Part shown: in pieces, positions 8,967 to 18,479 of the stretch
Layout of the letters: every line of letters starts with the position of its first letter
How positions within the stretch are numbered: position 1 is the stretch's first letter
Assembly (NCBI GenBank): GCA_016184365.1
Contig: JACPCW010000075.1
Coordinates: forward strand, 81,617-145,616
DNA: 64,000 nucleotides
From: Candidatus Rokuibacteriota bacterium
GTDB lineage: Bacteria > Methylomirabilota > Methylomirabilia > Rokubacteriales > CSP1-6
Reading direction: 5' to 3'
Position numbers and translations under genes: made by a program
Notes under the pieces: generated by a model
Told to the model about the DNA's origin: nothing
The model's database searches: none
The model's input: only the letters and a program-made list of their open reading frames with translations

Positions 8967-9419
8967 TCATAGCCGGACCACCGTGATGTGCCGCATCGTG
9001 GCCACGATCTCGTTCGCGTCGTCGGTCGCGACCGTCTCGCGCACGACGAACGCCATCGACCCCGTACGGCCGCTCTTCTCGTAGATGTCGATGACCTTGC
9101 TCCGGCACAGGTACGTTTCGCCCGGCCGCATCTGCCGGTGGATCTCGAATTCCTGCTCACCGTGGAGCACGCGCGAGATGTCGATGCCGAGGTCGCGGAG
9201 CGCCTGCGCCGCGATGGCCTCGTCGCGGAACGTGGTCGCGAAGGTCGGCGGCGCGACGACGTCGCCCCACTCGCTCGCGCGCCCGACGGCGTCGTCGAGG
9301 TAGAACGGGTTCAGATCGCCGATCGCGCGCGCGAACTCCTTGATCTTTCCGCGCTCGACCGTCACCGTGTACGGCGGATACTCCTTGCCGATCACACCGC
9401 GGTTCACCTGGATCGCCAT
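8967..9419 (-). CDS. hot-dog fold dehydratase subunit (HadA-like, MaoC N-terminal type)
   Basis: MAIQVNRGVIGKEYPPYTVTVERGKIKEFARAIGD…APPTFATTF…; adjacent to the MaoC-like gene, as in hadAB pairs. Confidence 0.6.
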   Translation of the reverse strand: MAIQVNRGVIGKEYPPYTVTVERGKIKEFARAIGDLNPFYLDDAVGRASEWGDVVAPPTFATTFRDEAIAAQALRDLGIDISRVLHGEQEFEIHRQMRPGETYLCRSKVIDIYEKSGRTGSMAFVVRETVATDDANEIVATMRHITVVRL

Positions 9420-9430
9420 GGCCCCGCCTT

Positions 9431-10162
9431 TTACCGCGGGTAGAGGAGGAAGTGCAAGCCCATCACGATCAGCAGCGCCTCGATCACGTGGAGGAAGACG
9501 CGGTCGCTCATGCGGTCGAGCAGCCGTCGGCCGAGCCACGAGCCCGCGAACATGGTGCCGCCGAGCACGCATCCGATCGCGATCGTGTCCCACGTGAGCA
9601 GCGCGTAGCGGGTCAGCACGACGCCGCGCGTGAGGTGCATGCCGAACGCGCAGACCGCCTCGGTCGCGATGTAGGCGCCGCGCCGGAGGCCGTAGGCGAG
9701 AAAGAACGGTGTCACCACGGGGCCCGTGGCCACGACGAGCGACGACAGGAACCCGAAGACCGCGCCGATGATCGGGAAGTGGCGCAGCCGGACCTGCACG
9801 ATCGGCGTGAACAGAAATCGGCGCAGCGGCACCGACGCGAGCAGGAAGGCGCCGATCACGAGCGACAGCGCGGTGGTCGGCGTGCCGGCGTAGAGCACCG
9901 CCCCGAGCGCCGTCGCGGGAACCGCGCCGGCGAGGAAGCGGACGCTCGCCGCGCGATCGACCTCGCCGCGGCTCCACCAGAGGCGCGAGAGATTCCCGAC
10001 GAGCATCGTGACCGTCAGAACGGGAACCGCGGCGCGCAGCCCGAGCGTCCAGGCGACGACCGGCAGCAGCACGACACCGGCGCCGAACCCGGCGACCCCG
10101 CCCAGGATCGACGCGGCGAGCGCCGTGCCGAGCAGGACCAGCCAGCCGAACGTGTCAGGCAC
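9431..10162 (-). CDS. TauE/SafE family sulfite/anion exporter (DUF81) membrane protein
   Basis: Polytopic membrane protein with glycine-rich helices typical of TauE/SafE. Confidence 0.65.
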   Translation of the reverse strand: MPDTFGWLVLLGTALAASILGGVAGFGAGVVLLPVVAWTLGLRAAVPVLTVTMLVGNLSRLWWSRGEVDRAASVRFLAGAVPATALGAVLYAGTPTTALSLVIGAFLLASVPLRRFLFTPIVQVRLRHFPIIGAVFGFLSSLVVATGPVVTPFFLAYGLRRGAYIATEAVCAFGMHLTRGVVLTRYALLTWDTIAIGCVLGGTMFAGSWLGRRLLDRMSDRVFLHVIEALLIVMGLHFLLYPR

Positions 10163-10506
10163 CGGCGACGTGCCTGGCGGAACGTCGGCAACGGGTCAGG
10201 CGGCGACGTTGTGATCCGAACCGGGGTCTTTGGGACGCGAGAGACCGGCGGCGTCCCGCAGAGCGGAGTCGAGCGCCGCGGCGGCGCGCCGCAACGCAGA
10301 CAGCGTGTCGACGAGCATCTGATTCGGTCCATCCTGATCCGCGGTCGTGCCCGAGGTCGTCTCGGCTTCTGGCTTCACGACCGCTGTCGAAGTGCAAGGC
10401 ACTCGCCGCACCGACCTGGGAAAACGAGTTCACATTCCGTCGCACGATCCAGCACGCAACTGATTGATTTCTCGGGTGCCCGACGGACGTCCCGACGAGT
10501 CCTTCA

Positions 10507-11742
10507 ATGAGGGGTGCGCGGCAGAACGCCCGGGCGGCCGGGCGTTCCACCGGTCGGGATGGCGGGACGGCGACGCGCCGGATCGCCGCCGCCGGCGTCT
10601 TCGTCATCTCGCTCGACTCGATGGTCAACGTCGCGTTTCCCGCGATGGCCGCGTGGTTCGAGCGGCCGCCGGAAGACATGCGCTGGGTGATCATTCCGTA
10701 CGTTCTCTCGTACTCGATCATGTCCTTCGTCGGCGGCATCGCCGCCGACGCTCTCGGGTACCCGCGCGTCTTCCGCGTGGGCGTGCTCGTCAGCACGGTG
10801 GCGTTCGCCGCGGCCGCGGCCGCGCCGGCGTTCGGATGGCTGGTCGCCGCCCGCATCCTACAGGGTCTGAGCGGCGGGCTCGTGTACGGGACGGCGCCGG
10901 GCTGGATGACCGCGACGGCGCCGCCTGCCGAACGCGGCCGCGTGCTCGGATTCCTCAATGCCGTGATCGGGTTGGCGTTCGCCGTCGGGCCGATCATCGC
11001 GGGGGCGCTCATCGACACGTTCGGCTGGCAGGCGATCTTCGCGGTGCGCGCGCCGATGGCGCTCGGGGCCTTGGCCTGGGCCTGGACCGCGGCGACGGAC
11101 TCCGCGGTCCGCGTGCGCACGCCGGCGGTCGGCGCGCGCGACATCCTGCGCGTCCCCGTGCTGCTGCCGGCCTCGCTGACGTTCCTCGCCAACGCCGGCA
11201 TGTTCGCCATCTGGCTGCTCGCGCCGTTCTACCTCGTGCAGGGGCTCGGTCTCGGCACGTTCGCCGCCGGAGCGCTGTTCACGCTCACCCCGCTCGGCAC
11301 CGCCGTCGCCGCGCCGCTCGCCGGCCGCGTCGCCGACCGGATCGGGCCGCGCGGCCCCATGGTCGCGGGTCTCGCGCTCGAGTCCGGTGCGCTGCTCCTG
11401 CTGTCCGGCGCCGGAGCGGCGACGTCCGTCGTCGTCGTCGCCGCGGCGCTGTTCGCGGCCGGCTTCGGGCTCGGCATGTTCCAGCCGCCGAACATGAGTC
11501 TCGTGATGGGCGAGTTTCCCGCGGGGCAACAGGGCGCGGCCGGCGGGTTTTCGTTCATGGCGCGCACGCTCGGCGTCGTGAGCGGCGTCGCGGCGCTGTC
11601 CGCGATTTTCGCCGCGCGCCGTGCGACCGCGGGATTCGAGCCGGCGTTCGCGACGGCGTTCACGGTCGCCGCGTCCACCGTCGCCGTCGCGGCCGTGGCC
11701 GGACTCGTGCGCGTGCGTCGCCGTGGGCGCCTCGAACCGTGA
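10507..11742 (+). CDS. MFS transporter
   Basis: 12-TMS-like hydrophobicity and MFS loop motifs. Confidence 0.7.
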   Translation: MRGARQNARAAGRSTGRDGGTATRRIAAAGVFVISLDSMVNVAFPAMAAWFERPPEDMRWVIIPYVLSYSIMSFVGGIAADALGYPRVFRVGVLVSTVAFAAAAAAPAFGWLVAARILQGLSGGLVYGTAPGWMTATAPPAERGRVLGFLNAVIGLAFAVGPIIAGALIDTFGWQAIFAVRAPMALGALAWAWTAATDSAVRVRTPAVGARDILRVPVLLPASLTFLANAGMFAIWLLAPFYLVQGLGLGTFAAGALFTLTPLGTAVAAPLAGRVADRIGPRGPMVAGLALESGALLLLSGAGAATSVVVVAAALFAAGFGLGMFQPPNMSLVMGEFPAGQQGAAGGFSFMARTLGVVSGVAALSAIFAARRATAGFEPAFATAFTVAASTVAVAAVAGLVRVRRRGRLEP

Positions 11743-12926
11743 CCGCGTCCTACCGGTGGGTGATCCTCGCGCTCACCATCGTCGCCTTCATGCAGACCCA
11801 CGTGCATCGGCTCGCGTTCGCTCCGCTGATTCCGACCTTCGTCGCCGACATGGGCCTCGGGTACACCGCGGCCGGCACGATCCAGACGGCGTACTTCTGG
11901 ACCTACATGACGGCGCAGCTGCCGATCGGCCTCGCGACCGATCGCTGGGGCGCGCGCCGCGTGATGCTGACGTGCTTCGTGATCCTGATCGTCGGCGGCG
12001 CGTGGTTCGCGGCGAGCGCCAGCTACGCGGCCAGCCTCGTCGCGCGCATGCTCGTCGGCCTCGGCGCCGCGGCGGTGTGGGTGCCCGGCATGCGCCTCAT
12101 GGCGGAATGGTTTCCCGCCGCCGAGCGCGGACGCGCGACGGGCATGATGTCCGCAGGCGGCGGCATCGGCGGGACCGTCGGACTGGTCCTCGTGCCCTGG
12201 CTCGCGACGTTCTGGGGGTGGCGGCTCGCCTACGGCGTGCTCGTCGTTCCCGCCGTGCTGACGTTCGTCCTCATCGCCGTGTTCCTGCGCGGAGGCGAGG
12301 CCACCACAGCGGCGGCCGTGCGACCCGGAGCGCTCCGGCGCGTGCTCGCGTCGCACGCGTTGTGGCCGTTCAACCTGAGCGTGATCTTTTCGTACGGCGC
12401 GTACTTCAGCTTCCTCACGTTCCTGCCGGCGTACCTCGTGAAGTCGCTCGGATTTGGCGCGACGCAGGCGGGGCTCGTCACCGGCCTCATCACCGCCGGC
12501 ACGATCATTTCCTGGCCCGCGGCCGGAGTGCTGAGCGACCGGCTCGGCCGGCGGAAGGCGCTCTTCCTCGCGAGCCAGGGCGTGAGCGTCCTCGTGCCGC
12601 TCGCCTTTGCGTTCGTCGCGCCGCAGGTCGGCATGCCGGCGACGATGGCGATCGCGTTCATCTCGGGCCTGCTCGTGGGCGGCTTGATCCTGCCGTTCGT
12701 GATGATCGTGGAGCTCTTTCCGCGGGAGGACGCGGCCACCGCCTCGGGCGTGGCCAACTCCGCGTGCTTCGTCGGCGGCATCGTCCTGCCGATCGTCTTC
12801 GGCCGCATCGTGGACGTCACCGGAAGCTTCACGATCGCGTTCGTCGTCGCCGCGGCGCTGCAGGCGATCGCGTTCGTCTTCGCCCTCGGCGTGAAGGAAG
12901 CGACGCCGGTGGCGCTCCAACGGTGA
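11739..12926 (+). CDS. MFS transporter (second, tandem)
   Basis: GTG start overlaps the upstream TGA (GTGA). The MFS motifs GRRKALF/DRWGRR and hydrophobic helices are present. Confidence 0.7.
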   Translation: MTASYRWVILALTIVAFMQTHVHRLAFAPLIPTFVADMGLGYTAAGTIQTAYFWTYMTAQLPIGLATDRWGARRVMLTCFVILIVGGAWFAASASYAASLVARMLVGLGAAAVWVPGMRLMAEWFPAAERGRATGMMSAGGGIGGTVGLVLVPWLATFWGWRLAYGVLVVPAVLTFVLIAVFLRGGEATTAAAVRPGALRRVLASHALWPFNLSVIFSYGAYFSFLTFLPAYLVKSLGFGATQAGLVTGLITAGTIISWPAAGVLSDRLGRRKALFLASQGVSVLVPLAFAFVAPQVGMPATMAIAFISGLLVGGLILPFVMIVELFPREDAATASGVANSACFVGGIVLPIVFGRIVDVTGSFTIAFVVAAALQAIAFVFALGVKEATPVALQR

Positions 12927-12997
12927 GCGCGTGGTTGCGCCGGGCGATGGGGCGGTGGTAGCGTGACGTCGCGCCGCCCACATTCACGGAGGAGCCC

Positions 12998-14035
12998 ATG
13001 CCCGCCACGCTGAGCTCGAAGCGCCACCGCGTCGAAGACACCGCCGACCTGATCGAGTTCTGCTTCCAGCAGGGCTGGAGCGACGGCCTGCCGGTCGTGC
13101 CGCCGACGGAAGGTCGCGTGCGCGCGATGCTCGACGCCGTCGAGCTCGCGCCCGAGCGGCAGGTCGGCTACATCGACCACCGCGCTGTCGCGATCACGGC
13201 CGAGAAAGTCGCGATCAACGCCGTCATGGCCGGCTGCACGCCGGAACACATGCCCGTCGTGATCGCGGGCGTCGAGGCGATCGCCGACCCGAAGTGGAGC
13301 TACCACGGTCCCGGCACGTCGACGGGCGGGGCGGGCGTGCTCATGATCGTCAACGGCCCGATCGCCCGCGAGCTCGACATCAACGCCGGAGACAACCTCT
13401 TCGGACCGGGCTGGCGGGCGAACCTGACGATCGGCCGCGCCGTCCGACTGGTGATGCGCAACGTGTGCGGCTCGATGCCGGGTCTGCTCGACCGCGGCAC
13501 GCTCGGTCATCCCGGCAAGCTGTCGTACGTGATCGCGGAGAACGAAGTGGACAGCCCGTGGACGCCGCTGCACGTCGAGCGCGGCTTCCGTCCCGATCAG
13601 AGCGCGGTCACGGTCGTCGCCGCGAACGGCCCGCATCAGTTCTACAACCAGCTGTCGAGCAGCGCCGAGGGCGTGCTGACGACGCTCGCGGACGACATGC
13701 GCATCTCGGGCGGCGTGATGGGGCAGCCGACGTACACGGTCGTGCTCGCCGGCGAGCACATGAACACGATCGCGAAGGACGGCTGGGACAAGAAGCGCAT
13801 CCGCCAGTTCCTCTTCGACCACACGAAGAACACGCACGCGCATCTCAAGCGCACCGGACGGATGTCCGGCGCGATGAAGCCCGGCGACGACGCGGCGATG
13901 CGGCCGCTCGTCGAGACACCGGACGACATCCTCGTCGTGGCGGCCGGAGGGCGCGCCGGAGCGTTCAGCGCCTACATCCCCGGCTGGGGCAGCCGACGAA
14001 ATTCGGAAGCGGTGACAAAGGAGATCAAGCGATGA
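12998..14035 (+). CDS. conserved hypothetical protein, translationally coupled to the UGSC selenoprotein gene
   Basis: 345-aa ORF with an ATGA overlap with the downstream gene. No family recognised by eye. Confidence 0.5.
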   Translation: MPATLSSKRHRVEDTADLIEFCFQQGWSDGLPVVPPTEGRVRAMLDAVELAPERQVGYIDHRAVAITAEKVAINAVMAGCTPEHMPVVIAGVEAIADPKWSYHGPGTSTGGAGVLMIVNGPIARELDINAGDNLFGPGWRANLTIGRAVRLVMRNVCGSMPGLLDRGTLGHPGKLSYVIAENEVDSPWTPLHVERGFRPDQSAVTVVAANGPHQFYNQLSSSAEGVLTTLADDMRISGGVMGQPTYTVVLAGEHMNTIAKDGWDKKRIRQFLFDHTKNTHAHLKRTGRMSGAMKPGDDAAMRPLVETPDDILVVAAGGRAGAFSAYIPGWGSRRNSEAVTKEIKR

Positions 14036-14562
14036 CCGAACTGCTGGATCCCACCACCGGAGCGGCGACGCAGACGATTGCGTTCGCGCCCCGGCCGCAG
14101 GCCCTCGCGGGCAAGCGGATCGCCCTGATCGAGAACACGAAGTTCAACTCGGACCGGCTGCTCGAGAAGATCGGCGCGCTGCTGCGGTCCGAGTACGGCG
14201 CGGCCGACGCGCGGCTCTGGCGGAAGAGGAACGCCAGCGTGCCCGCGCACCAGGAGATCATCGAGGAGGTGCGCAAGACCTGCGACGTCATGGTCGCAGG
14301 CATCGGAGACTGAGGGAGCTGCTCGTCGGGCAGTGTGCTCGACGGAATCCTGCTGGAGAAGGCCGGTGTTCCCTCCGCGTCGATCATCACGGACGTCTTC
14401 GAGGCGACCGGCCGCGCGATGGCCGAGCAGTGGGGACTGCCGTACTACAAGTTCCTGATGATGCCGCACCCGATCGCGAACCTGACCGAGAAGGAGCTCG
14501 ACCAGCGGGCGCGTGAGATCACGCCCGAAGTGGTCAAGCTGATCCTCCAGGGTCAGGCGTAA
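14032..14562 (+). CDS. UGSC-family selenoprotein (in-frame TGA at 14311-14313 read as Sec)
   Basis: ORFs 13294..14313 (C-terminal part MTELLDPTTG…MVAGIGD) and 14335..14562 are in one frame, separated only by TGA plus 7 codons. This gives …GIGD-U-GSCSSG…, the U-G-S-C motif. AAAGGAG lies 8 nt before the ATG, and a hairpin follows the TGA. Confidence 0.6.
14314..14340 (+). other. candidate bacterial SECIS hairpin immediately 3' of the UGA of the UGSC gene
   Basis: GAGCUGC-UCGUCGG-GCAG…GCUC stem-loop with a G-containing apical loop, starting 3 nt after the TGA. Confidence 0.3.
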
Positions 14563-14569
14563 CGCTCGC

Positions 14570-14602
14570 TCGCCGGGGCGCTCTCGCCGAGCGCCCCGGC
14601 GC
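14570..14602 (+). terminator. GC-rich hairpin after the UGSC gene (gccggggcgctc-tcgcc-gagcgccccggc)
   Basis: 12-bp perfect inverted repeat 10 nt after the stop. There is no T-tract; it resembles the middle hairpin of the REP family. Confidence 0.35.
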
Positions 14603-14618
14603 CCGTCACCCCTCCTGG

Positions 14619-15593
14619 ATGTCCTGGCAACCCGCATGGTGGTGTCGCAACCCGCATCTCCAGACGATGTGGGGCCCGATCGTCCGGCGCTCGCGGGTCG
14701 CGCTGCGCCGTGAGCGCTTCGCGATGCGCGACGGCGACTTCGTCGATCTCGACTGGCTGGACGGCCGCGCCGGCGCGCCGCTGCTGCTCGTGCTCCACGG
14801 TCTCGAAGGCTCCTCGCGCTCGCATTACGCCGGCGGCCTCGTGGGGCTCGCCGCGGCTCGCGGCTGGCGGGGCGTCGTGCTGAACTTCCGGTCCTGCTCA
14901 GGCGAGCCGAATCGGCTGCCGCGCTTCTACCACGGCGGCGAGACCGGAGACCTCGACGAGGTCGTGACGGCGCTCGTCGCGCGCGAGCCGGCTGCGGCCA
15001 TCGGCGCCGCCGGCGTGTCGATCGGCGGGAACGTCCTGTTGAAGTGGCTCGGCGAGCGCGGGACGGACGCGCCGAAGTCGCTCGTCGCCGCGGTCGGGAT
15101 CTCCGTGCCGTTCGATCTCGGCGCGTGCGCCCGCGCGCTCGACCGCGGGTTCTCTCGCGTGGTGTACACAGCGAATTTTCTCCGGACGTGCCGCGCGAAG
15201 ATCCGCGAGAAGGCGGTCCGGTATCCGGGATTCGTCGACGTCGCCGCCGCGCTGCGCGCGCGCACGTTCGAGGAATACGACCGCGCCGTCACCGCGCCGC
15301 TGCATGGCTTCGCGGACGAGATCGACTACTGGACGCGCTCGTCGAGCGGGCCATGGCTCGCGCGCATCCGCCGGCCGACGCTGCTGCTCGCGGCGCTCGA
15401 CGACCCGTTCGTGCCCGCCGAGACGCTGCCCGACGTCGCGCGGCTGCCCGAGGACGTGCGGGCGGAGTTCGTGCCGCACGGCGGCCACGCGGGGTTCATC
15501 GACGGGCCGCCATGGCGAGCGTCGTCGTGGGCCGAGCGGCGCGCGACCGCTTTTCTTGCCGAGCGCTTCGCCGCTGTATGCTCACCGGCATGA
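14619..15593 (+). CDS. alpha/beta hydrolase (YheT/ABHD-type)
   Basis: LVLHGLEGSS…GVSIGGN (nucleophile elbow)…HGGHAGF. Confidence 0.7.
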   Translation: MSWQPAWWCRNPHLQTMWGPIVRRSRVALRRERFAMRDGDFVDLDWLDGRAGAPLLLVLHGLEGSSRSHYAGGLVGLAAARGWRGVVLNFRSCSGEPNRLPRFYHGGETGDLDEVVTALVAREPAAAIGAAGVSIGGNVLLKWLGERGTDAPKSLVAAVGISVPFDLGACARALDRGFSRVVYTANFLRTCRAKIREKAVRYPGFVDVAAALRARTFEEYDRAVTAPLHGFADEIDYWTRSSSGPWLARIRRPTLLLAALDDPFVPAETLPDVARLPEDVRAEFVPHGGHAGFIDGPPWRASSWAERRATAFLAERFAAVCSPA

Positions 15594-16873
15594 CGACTGA
15601 CGCCTACGGGCTCCCGGTCACCACGACGTCCGATGTCGCGCTCGAGGCCTACAACCGCGGCGTCGAGGCCGCACTCGGCTGGAAAGCCGACGCGCTCGAG
15701 CTGTTCCAGGCCGCGACGCGCCAGGACCCCAATCTCGCGGTGGCGTACGCCGGCGCGGCCGCGTGCCTCTTCCTCGAAGAGCGCTTCGCGGAGACGAAGG
15801 CCGCGAGCGATGCGGCCCGCGCCATGGCGTCGCCGGCCGTCAGCGACCGCGAGCGCAGCTACGTCGAGGCGGTGACGCTCTGGACGTCCGGCAAGGTGCC
15901 GGAGGCCGAGCGCCAGATGCGCGAGCACCTGCGACGGTTTCCGCGTGATCTCGCGATCGTCCAGCGCCTGTACTTCGTCTTCTTCTGGCTCGGCAAGTTC
16001 CCGGAGATGCTGGCGGCGACGACCGAGCAGGTGCGCTCGCTCGGCGACACCTCGTACATGCTCGGCATGCATGCCTTCGCGCTCGAGGAGGCGGGGCAGT
16101 GCGCCGACGCGATGCGGATCGCCGAATCGGCGGTGGCGAAGAACCCGGAAGACGCGTGGTCGATCCACGCGCTGGCGCATGCGCTGTACGAGTCGTCGGC
16201 GTTCGACGAAGGCGTCGCGCGACTGCCGGGCGTCATCGAATCGGTCCACGGGCTCAACTGGTTTCAGAATCATCTGTGGTGGCACCTCGTCCTCATGCAT
16301 CTCGCGCGTGGAGAGTACGACCACGTGTCGACGCTGTCGCGCGACCTGTTCGAGCGCGAGCCGTCGTCGATCGCCGGCGACCTGCACGATTCGATCTCGC
16401 TGATGTGGCGGCTCGAGCTCGCCGGGAAGCCGGTCGGCGACCGATGGGCGCCGTTCGCCGACATCGCGCGCGAGCGGGTGAGCCGCACCGGTTTGTACTT
16501 CCACGTCGCGCACGTTGCGATGGCGCTCGCCGCGGTCGGCGACTCGGCGACGACACAGAAGCAGCTTGGCGTCCTGCGTGATCGCGCCGCCAGGGACGCG
16601 ACGGGGTTGTTGGGCGAGGTGCTCGTGCCGCTCGTCGAAGGCATCCACGCCTTCGGCGGCCGCGATTACGCGACGACGATCGCGAAGATCGAGCCGCTGC
16701 GGTCACGCATCGTGCATCTCGGCGGCAGTCGCGCGCAGCGTGACGTGTTTCACGACACGCTGCTCGAAGCCTGTTTCCGGGCGGGTGACATGGACCGGGC
16801 GGAGCGCCTGCTGACCGAACGCCTCGGGCGCCGGCCGGATCACTACTGGAAGAATCGGCGCGGGGTGGGGTAG
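15590..16873 (+). CDS. TTC38-like tetratricopeptide/helical-repeat protein
   Basis: YGLPVTTTSDVALEAYNRG…QDPNLAVAYAGAA… resembles the TTC38 family. ATGA overlap with the hydrolase stop; an alternative ATG exists at 15578. Confidence 0.55.
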   Translation: MTTDAYGLPVTTTSDVALEAYNRGVEAALGWKADALELFQAATRQDPNLAVAYAGAAACLFLEERFAETKAASDAARAMASPAVSDRERSYVEAVTLWTSGKVPEAERQMREHLRRFPRDLAIVQRLYFVFFWLGKFPEMLAATTEQVRSLGDTSYMLGMHAFALEEAGQCADAMRIAESAVAKNPEDAWSIHALAHALYESSAFDEGVARLPGVIESVHGLNWFQNHLWWHLVLMHLARGEYDHVSTLSRDLFEREPSSIAGDLHDSISLMWRLELAGKPVGDRWAPFADIARERVSRTGLYFHVAHVAMALAAVGDSATTQKQLGVLRDRAARDATGLLGEVLVPLVEGIHAFGGRDYATTIAKIEPLRSRIVHLGGSRAQRDVFHDTLLEACFRAGDMDRAERLLTERLGRRPDHYWKNRRGVG

Positions 16874-17256
16874 TTCACTCCACAGGGACGTTCCAGCTGG
16901 AACGCGCGCTCCCCGAGCGCATCGAAATGGTGCGGATCGGGATGAAAGAGCATCGTGCCTGGCCGGTACTCGCGGCCACCGATCCGAAACGTTCCCTCGA
17001 GGATGTACCAGATCTGCGCGAAGTCGTGGTAGTGCAGCGGATGATGCGCGCCCGGCTCAAGGCGCAGGATGCCCGCGTTGGGCTCGGTCGGCCGCTCCGG
17101 CCGAGGATGAAAGAGCATCTTTCCGGTCTCTCCCGGCCAGCGAATCGTCTCCCATTCCAACTCGTCGCGGTGACGTGCTTCCATCGGCTGATGTTCCGCG
17201 AATTTTGGATCGGTGGCCACGGTGACCTCCTCGTGCAGGGATGGGGACCGTAGCAT
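16843..17256 (-). CDS. cupin domain protein
   Basis: GAHHPLHYHDFAQIWYILEGTFRIGG is a cupin motif; GGGAG lies 5 nt upstream of the ATG. It overlaps the convergent TTC38 gene by 31 nt. Confidence 0.55.
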   Translation of the reverse strand: MLRSPSLHEEVTVATDPKFAEHQPMEARHRDELEWETIRWPGETGKMLFHPRPERPTEPNAGILRLEPGAHHPLHYHDFAQIWYILEGTFRIGGREYRPGTMLFHPDPHHFDALGERAFQLERPCGVNYPTPRRFFQ

Positions 17257-17390
17257 CACTCCCGGTGGCGCGTGGTGACAGCCGAACTCCGTCGCGAATG
17301 CTCTCTGACGCCGAACGCCGCCGTTCACCTGCGCGCGGCGCTCTGGCCGCGCGTCCGCTGAACGCCGAAGTTGGACCGCTGACAGGCCTC

Positions 17391-17615
17391 TCAGCGACGA
17401 TCAAGCAGTTCCTCGACGGTAATCCCGATGTCGCGCGCGATCTTCCGCAGCAACGTCGGTGAGATGTCGCGTCCAGGATGGAAGGGGACAGTCGTTCCGC
17501 GCCCGTCAGGATGCCTGAACTGTCGATGCGACCCGCGCTGGCGCACGCCGACGAACCCCAGCCGCTCAAGCAGCGCGGCGACTTCGCGCGGCTTGAGGAC
17601 TGGGATCGCCCCCAC
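17391..17615 (-). CDS. hicA: HicA toxin (mRNA interferase)
   Basis: KPREVAALLERLGFVGVRQRGSHRQFRHPDGRGTTVPFH is the HicA consensus. Confidence 0.75.
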   Translation of the reverse strand: MGAIPVLKPREVAALLERLGFVGVRQRGSHRQFRHPDGRGTTVPFHPGRDISPTLLRKIARDIGITVEELLDRR

Positions 17616-17618
17616 CCG

Positions 17619-17828
17619 CTACGCCACCTGGATCGTCTGGATGCCGACGAACTCGGACTCGAGTTTTGGCTCGCCATCCTCGAGGAGCATCTCGACAACC
17701 TCCTGAAGATTCCGCCGCAACTCGTCAAGACCTTCGCCTTGACTGTGAGCACCCGGCCAGCCCGGGACGTAGCCGACGTACATGCCCGTGTCGGGGTCTC
17801 GCTCAACTACGATGTTGAAGGTGCGCAT
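17619..17828 (-). CDS. hicB: HicB-like antitoxin (UPF0150)
   Basis: MRTFNIVVERDPDTGMYVGYVPGWPGAHSQGEGLDELRRNLQEVVEMLLEDG, immediately upstream of hicA. Confidence 0.65.
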   Translation of the reverse strand: MRTFNIVVERDPDTGMYVGYVPGWPGAHSQGEGLDELRRNLQEVVEMLLEDGEPKLESEFVGIQTIQVA

Positions 17829-17895
17829 CGTTCGGACTCCTTCCGTCGATCCTACTCTGAAGCTCGCATCCGTTGTCGGCCCAACACCCGGTCGG

Positions 17896-18438
17896 TCATT
17901 TCGGAACCCCCGGGGCACGCATCACGCTTTCGATCTGCTGCCGATGGAGGTCAAGGTGGAATCGCACAAACGCTAACCACTGACGCGCATCCCAGGGGCC
18001 GGAGATTGGATGCGGCGTGATTACTTCAACTGGGTCGAGGCCCGCGAGCGCGACCGGCAGCGCCTCAAGCAACGGCTGATTGCATTGGATAGCGACGACC
18101 CAGTAATCGAGTGGCCCACGGCGCCTGGGAGTCGCGATGTCGGGGGCCTGCTGCCGTGGCACCCACGTCTCGGCTACGATCTGCTCGATCGACTTCCCGC
18201 GATGAATCGGTTCGTCAGTCCAGACCGGCTGCCCTCGACGCAGACCCTCGGCCGCAGCCCAAACACGGTTGATCGATCCCTGTTCCGCGAGTACCAAGTG
18301 CTCGACGTTCTCAGCGATTGACCACTCCCCGGGGTCAGGGTTGAAGGCGCCCTGCACCGACGACAGGGCACGGATTCGGTCGCGCAGCCGGGCGCGCGCA
18401 TCGGTCGCTGCGGAAATCAGTTCAGCGATGTCTCCCAT
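17896..18438 (-). CDS. DinB/YfiT-like (DinB_2) four-helix-bundle metalloenzyme family protein
   Basis: SIAENVEHLVLAE…WVVAIQCNQ…HLDLHRQQI pattern. The start is chosen at MGDIAEL. Confidence 0.5.
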   Translation of the reverse strand: MGDIAELISAATDARARLRDRIRALSSVQGAFNPDPGEWSIAENVEHLVLAEQGSINRVWAAAEGLRRGQPVWTDEPIHRGKSIEQIVAETWVPRQQAPDIATPRRRGPLDYWVVAIQCNQPLLEALPVALAGLDPVEVITPHPISGPWDARQWLAFVRFHLDLHRQQIESVMRAPGVPK

Positions 18439-18479
18439 GATCTCCTCGCCACGGCGCCCAAGCTGCCGAACGCCCGCGG

